Positions 59,814-64,000 of a stretch of DNA of 64,000 nt are shown one piece after another. The notes below the pieces were generated by a model that did not search any database, was not told the DNA's origin, and saw only the letters and a list, made by a program, of their open reading frames with translations. Both the position numbers and the translations under genes were made by a program. Within the stretch, counting starts at the first letter, position 1, and each line of letters starts with the position of its first letter. Source of the stretch: Candidatus Aenigmatarchaeota archaeon (GTDB lineage Archaea; Aenigmatarchaeota; Aenigmatarchaeia; CG10238-14; SCSR01); contig JAWBPV010000001.1 in assembly GCA_039000425.1 (NCBI GenBank), positions 38 through 64,037 on the forward strand, given 5' to 3'.

Positions 59814-59927
59814 CCCCGGATAGCTCAACGGTAGAGCAACCGGCTGTAGCCGAGTGCTTTGGTACTTGGTGTCAGCAGTTGCTCCTCAGATACCGGTGGG
59901 TTGCTGGTTCGAATCCGGCTCCGGGGA
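59814..59927 (+). tRNA. tRNA-Tyr (GTA) with 42-nt intron at 37/38 (59850-59891)
   Basis: CCCCGGA/TCCGGGG acceptor (C1-G72, A73), ACCGG-CT-GTA-G|intron|A-CCGGT. Confidence 0.92.
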
Positions 59928-59979
59928 CTTTTAGAAAAGTTTATTAGGTAGAGAAAAACAAATTAAATCGGTGGAAAAA

Positions 59980-60021
59980 TTGGCAAAGAAAAAGGGTAAG
60001 AAACCTTGCAAACCTTGTTGA
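59980..60021 (+). CDS. Candidate micropeptide MAKKKGKKPCKPC (13 aa)
   Basis: TTG start after GGTGG SD-like site, upstream GAAAAG-TTTATTA promoter-like element, T-tracts after the stop. Confidence 0.35.
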   Translation: MAKKKGKKPCKPC

Positions 60022-60096
60022 ATTTTTTCCCGTTTTTTTTAATTTTTTACAATTCCTATACTTAATTTAATATCGACGCTAATTATATTATCAGAA

Positions 60097-60169
60097 GCCT
60101 CGGTCGTCTAGCGGTCTAGGATGCAAGCCTGTCACGCTTGAGACACGGGTTCGAATCCCGTCCGAGGCG
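60097..60169 (+). tRNA. tRNA-Asp (GTC), no intron
   Basis: GCCTCGG/CCGAGGC acceptor, G73, CAAGC-CT-GTC-AC-GCTTG. Confidence 0.95.
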
Positions 60170-60199
60170 CACTTCAATTTCTAAATTTAAAATATAATT

Positions 60200-60649
60200 A
60201 TGAAATTGGTCAGTGCTTGTTTTCTTGGAATAAAGTGTAAGTGGAATGGAAAAAGTAAGCCTAATAGAAAAGTTATTACTCTTTCCAAAAAAGAAGTTTT
60301 GATACCGGTTTGTCCTGAGCAGCTTGGTGGCTTGCCAACACCAAGAAAACCTTCTGGTATTTTTGGTGGTACTGGTGAAGATGTTTTAGATGGAAAAGCT
60401 AGAGTGAAAACAAAAGATGGAGATGACGTGACTGAATTTTTCATCAAAGGTGCTGAAGAGACTCTTAAAATTGCAAAACTGTTTGGAATAAAAGAGGCTG
60501 TATTAAAGCAGGGAAGCCCTTCTTGTGGTTGTGGAAGAACATATAGACTTGATGAAAAATTAAGAAATAAAAAAGTTAGTGGGAACGGTGTAACTGCTGC
60601 CTTGCTCAAAAGGTATGGTATAAAGGTTAAATCCCAAGAAGAGCTTTAA
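60200..60649 (+). CDS. DUF523 family (2-thiouracil desulfurase TudS-like)
   Basis: VSACFLG, VCPEQLGGLPTPR, SPSCG, GVTAALL. Confidence 0.9.
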   Translation: MKLVSACFLGIKCKWNGKSKPNRKVITLSKKEVLIPVCPEQLGGLPTPRKPSGIFGGTGEDVLDGKARVKTKDGDDVTEFFIKGAEETLKIAKLFGIKEAVLKQGSPSCGCGRTYRLDEKLRNKKVSGNGVTAALLKRYGIKVKSQEEL

Positions 60650-60706
60650 AGTGTTACTACCGTCAAATTTAAAAAGATAAATATAGGTAAGTTTAAAAAT
60701 ATATTT

Positions 60707-60821
60707 GTTGGCGACCAAAGCGGGAGGGAAACATCCGTTCCCATCCGAACACGGTAATTAAGCCTCCCAGCGATCTGGGGTGTACTCTGCAGAAGCAGGG
60801 GAATTCCAGGACGTCGCCAAC
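60707..60821 (+). rRNA. rrf: 5S rRNA (stand-alone)
   Basis: Terminal helix GTTGGCGAC/GTCGCCAAC; conserved CCCATCCGAACACGG..TTAAGC core. Confidence 0.92.
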
Positions 60822-60908
60822 GTTTAAAAAACCGGTGTCGATCTGAAGGAAAAAATTTATAAAATAAAGTTGATAAACTTTCCTTATTAATCGCTATGGG
60901 GTGAGGAA

Positions 60909-61148
60909 TTGAAAAAAATAGATATAGAAAAACATCAACTTGTACCAAAACATATAATTTTAACTGAAGAAGAAAAAGCTGAACTTTTGAAGAAATATAA
61001 AGTTAGTTTAAGACAACTTCCTAAGATATTGATAAACGATCCTGCAATAGCAGACAAGAATCCAAAAGTTGGTGATGTTGTTAAGATAATAAGGAAAAGT
61101 CCGGTTGCTGGTGAGTCTGTTTATTACAGAGTTGTTGTTAAGGGTTGA
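60909..61148 (+). CDS. rpoH: RNA polymerase subunit Rpo5 (RpoH)
   Basis: HQLVPKH, LPKI..DP, GDVVKIIRKS..AG...YYRVV. Confidence 0.96.
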   Translation: MKKIDIEKHQLVPKHIILTEEEKAELLKKYKVSLRQLPKILINDPAIADKNPKVGDVVKIIRKSPVAGESVYYRVVVKG

Positions 61149-61151
61149 AAC

Positions 61152-62636
61152 ATGGACTCAACATTCCTAACGCTTTTAGACGCTTTTGTAAGAGAAAGGG
61201 GATTTGTTAGATTTCAAATCGATTCATACAACGATTTCATAACTAAAAGAATACCGAAAGTTTTGAAGGAAATTGGTGTGATTAAACCCGAAGTTCCTGA
61301 ATTAGGTGAATTCAAGATCAAACTTGGGAATTTTAAGATTGGTGACCCTTGTGTTAAAGAGGCTGATGGATCGGTAAGACCCATAACTCCACAAGAAGCT
61401 AGGATAAGAAACCTAACTTATGCAGCTCCAATGTACGTTGAAATGACACCGGTTTTGAACAACATAGAAAGCAATACTGTTGTGGTGAATTTTGGTGATA
61501 TACCTGTAATGCTAAAATCAAAAATTTGTCCATTATCAACTATGAGTAGAGAGGAATTAATAGCAATAGGTGAAGATCCTGACGATCCTGGAGGATATTT
61601 CATCGTAAACGGAACCGAAAGGATCTTGGTTCTAGTTGAAGAAATAGCCCAAAATAGGATAATCGTGGAAAAAGTTGATACGGGTGGTGTAACAGAAGTC
61701 GCAAGAATTCATTCCGAAAAAGACGGTTACATCCAAAGACATCTACTAGAGAGGAAAAGTAGTGGCATCATAACTATAACATTCGCTAACGTGGAGAAGA
61801 TGCCTGTAGCTATAATTCTCAAAGCTTTGGGCTTAGAATCTGATAAGGAAATAGTTACCGTTATTTCTGAAGATAAAGATGTTCAAGAAGAATTCTATTC
61901 AAACCTTTTCGAATTAGAAATAACCTCGAAACAAGAAGCTTTGGAAGAAATAGGGAAACATGTTAAAATAGCTCAAGCCGAAAGCAGAAGTGAAAGAGCA
62001 ACTAAGATAATAGATAAGTATCTATTACCACATCTCGGTCAAACCCCTGATGCAAGAATCCATAAAGCATATTTCCTTTGCAAGGCCATAGGCAAACTCA
62101 TAAAGTTACATCTTGGAAAAATAGAAGAAGACGACCTCGATCATTATTCAAACAAAAGGATAAGGTTAGCTGGAGATTTGTTAGAAATTCTATTACGTTC
62201 CATACTTCTTGGAAAATGGGGGTTAATCACTAGGATAACTTACAATTATCAGAAACTAGCAAAAAGGGGTAGGATTCCTCCTTTGCAAGCTATAGTTGAA
62301 TCAAACGTACTCACAAACCAAATAGTTTCTGCTTTGGCAATAGGTACATGGGTTGGTGGTAGGACTGGTGTAAGTCAAAGGTTAGAAAGAGGTAGTTTCG
62401 TTAAAACTATCTCACACATGAGGAATGTTCTTTCCCCCTTAACTTCAACTCAAGAACATTTCAGTGCAAGAGAGCTTCATCCAACCCACTTCGGAAAATT
62501 GTGCACCAGCGAAACTCCTGAAGGTGCAACTATAGGATTGAGGAAATATTTAGCTATAATGGCTGAGATCACAAAGGGCTTGGATGAAAGAGAGAGAAAG
62601 AATTTTTTGTCATTGATTGAGAAGAAGGTGATGTAA
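61152..62636 (+). CDS. rpoB2: RNA polymerase subunit B'' (Rpo2N)
   Basis: EARIRNLTYAAP, DPGGYFIVNGTER, DHYSNKR, ETPEG. Confidence 0.95.
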   Translation: MDSTFLTLLDAFVRERGFVRFQIDSYNDFITKRIPKVLKEIGVIKPEVPELGEFKIKLGNFKIGDPCVKEADGSVRPITPQEARIRNLTYAAPMYVEMTPVLNNIESNTVVVNFGDIPVMLKSKICPLSTMSREELIAIGEDPDDPGGYFIVNGTERILVLVEEIAQNRIIVEKVDTGGVTEVARIHSEKDGYIQRHLLERKSSGIITITFANVEKMPVAIILKALGLESDKEIVTVISEDKDVQEEFYSNLFELEITSKQEALEEIGKHVKIAQAESRSERATKIIDKYLLPHLGQTPDARIHKAYFLCKAIGKLIKLHLGKIEEDDLDHYSNKRIRLAGDLLEILLRSILLGKWGLITRITYNYQKLAKRGRIPPLQAIVESNVLTNQIVSALAIGTWVGGRTGVSQRLERGSFVKTISHMRNVLSPLTSTQEHFSARELHPTHFGKLCTSETPEGATIGLRKYLAIMAEITKGLDERERKNFLSLIEKKVM

Positions 62637-64000
62637 TGGCTGATGTGTTTCTCGACGGAATGTTCATAGGAAAAACGAACAAACCTGAAGAATTTGTCAA
62701 AGAAATAAGGGAAATGAGGAGAAAAGGTTTAATTTCGTATCAAGTTAATGTAGCTTACCATGAATATTTAGATGAAGTTAGAATTTTGACTGATAGCGGT
62801 AGGATAAGAAGGCCTTTGATCATTGTTGAAAATGGAAAACCGAAACTCACACAAGAACATATTCAAAAGATTAAAGCCGGTTTGATGAAATGGGAAGATT
62901 TAATAAACAATGGTATTATAGAGTACCTTGATGCTGAAGAAGAGGAGAATTGTTTAATTGCTTTGAGGGAAGAGGAGCTTACACCAGAACACACGCATTT
63001 GGAAATAAATCCGGCTGTGATTTTGGGATTTTCCACATCTTTTATACCATACCCAGAATTCAACAGAGGAGACAGAGTTAACTATGGGGCAAAAATGATC
63101 GGCCAATCTATGGGTCTTTTTGCCACTAACTACTTGAACAGAGTGGATACAAAATCGAACGTGATGATTTATCCACAAGTACCATTAGTACAAACACATG
63201 CGCACAAAGTTGCTGGTTATGAAAACCATCCAAACGGATGTAATGTAATAGTAGCTGTTGCTTGTTATCAAGGTTATAACATGGAGGATGCTATAATCAT
63301 AAACCAAGCTTCGATTCAAAGAGGAGTTTTCTGGTCTTACATGTTCAGGACCTATGAAGCTGAGCAGAAGAGGTACATGGGTGGTCAAGAAGACATCATA
63401 GGAATACCTGAGCCTGGTGTAAGAGGTTATGCAGGAGAAGATGCTTACAAACATCTTCCAGAAGATGGTATAGTTAATCCTGAAACAGAGGTTGGCTCTG
63501 ATGAAGTTTTGGTTGGTAGAATTTCTCCACTCAGATTCTTGGGAAGTATGGATCAATTCATAACAGGAATAGAAAATATAAGGGAGACTTCAGTTAGACT
63601 AAGACATGGTGATCAGGGTATAGTGGATAAAGTTTACATAACTGAAACTGTTGATGGCACAAAATTAGTTAAAGTAAGGGTAAGAAGTTTAAAAATACCT
63701 GAGATTGGTGATAAATTTGCTAGTAGGCACGGGCAAAAAGGTGTGATAGGATTAGTTTTGCCTCCGGAAGATATGCCATTCACTGAAAGTGGAATAATTC
63801 CTGACATAATATTTGATCCACACGGAATACCTTCTAGGATGACTGTTGGCCAATTATTAGAACCATTAGCAGCTAAGGCTGCAGCTTTATCTGGAAAAAT
63901 AATATATTCCCCAGCCTTCAATCCAACGCCTGAAAAAGAAATAAGGGAAATTTTAAGATCTTACGGCTTCAAAGATGATGGAAAAGAAGTGATGATCGAT
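62636..64000 (+). CDS. rpoB1: RNA polymerase subunit B' (Rpo2C), partial
   Basis: ATG overlapping the B'' stop: MADVFLDG...; later GYNMEDA and GDKFASRHGQKG; runs off window so absent from track. Confidence 0.95.
   Translation, partial: MADVFLDGMFIGKTNKPEEFVKEIREMRRKGLISYQVNVAYHEYLDEVRILTDSGRIRRPLIIVENGKPKLTQEHIQKIKAGLMKWEDLINNGIIEYLDAEEEENCLIALREEELTPEHTHLEINPAVILGFSTSFIPYPEFNRGDRVNYGAKMIGQSMGLFATNYLNRVDTKSNVMIYPQVPLVQTHAHKVAGYENHPNGCNVIVAVACYQGYNMEDAIIINQASIQRGVFWSYMFRTYEAEQKRYMGGQEDIIGIPEPGVRGYAGEDAYKHLPEDGIVNPETEVGSDEVLVGRISPLRFLGSMDQFITGIENIRETSVRLRHGDQGIVDKVYITETVDGTKLVKVRVRSLKIPEIGDKFASRHGQKGVIGLVLPPEDMPFTESGIIPDIIFDPHGIPSRMTVGQLLEPLAAKAAALSGKIIYSPAFNPTPEKEIREILRSYGFKDDGKEVMID

Noticed and set aside
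60646..60948. 100-aa minus-strand ORF
   Set aside because: Antisense to the 5S rRNA and rpoH start.
1..64000. CRISPR arrays, transposases, integrases and additional frame-breaking mRNA introns
   Set aside because: None seen by eye; the other recognised genes look full length. Short in-frame introns cannot be excluded without a computational BHB scan.

Overview
A gene-dense, AT-rich archaeal chromosome segment, probably from a DPANN-type lineage (inferred from split rpoB''/rpoB', class I LysRS, class I CCA enzyme, solitary 5S rRNA and compact overlaps). It mostly encodes housekeeping functions: Mre11/Rad50, ProRS, LysRS, ThrRS, proteasome beta, aCPSF1, thermosome, Cdc6, SRP54/FtsY, TrmY, Pus10, RNase Z, CCA, DNA ligase and RNA polymerase subunits. 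It also carries a type IV pilus cluster, a surface-glycosylation cluster, three TrmB paralogues, carAB, seven tRNA genes (five with introns) and several small ORFs absent from the ORF track. The most notable signal is RNA splicing outside the usual tRNA position. (1) carB is interrupted by a 22-nt bulge-helix-bulge (BHB) intron whose removal restores the conserved GSGAIKIGEAGEFDYSG motif, i.e. a probable mRNA intron, and the gene seems to start at ATA. (2) The initiator tRNA-Met gene has two non-canonical introns (position 7/8 and D-loop) plus a 5' leader that duplicates the acceptor strand and appears able to scaffold splicing. A tRNA-Ile(UAU) is also present. No CRISPR array, integrase or transposase was seen. 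All calls come from manual reading; no database searches were run.
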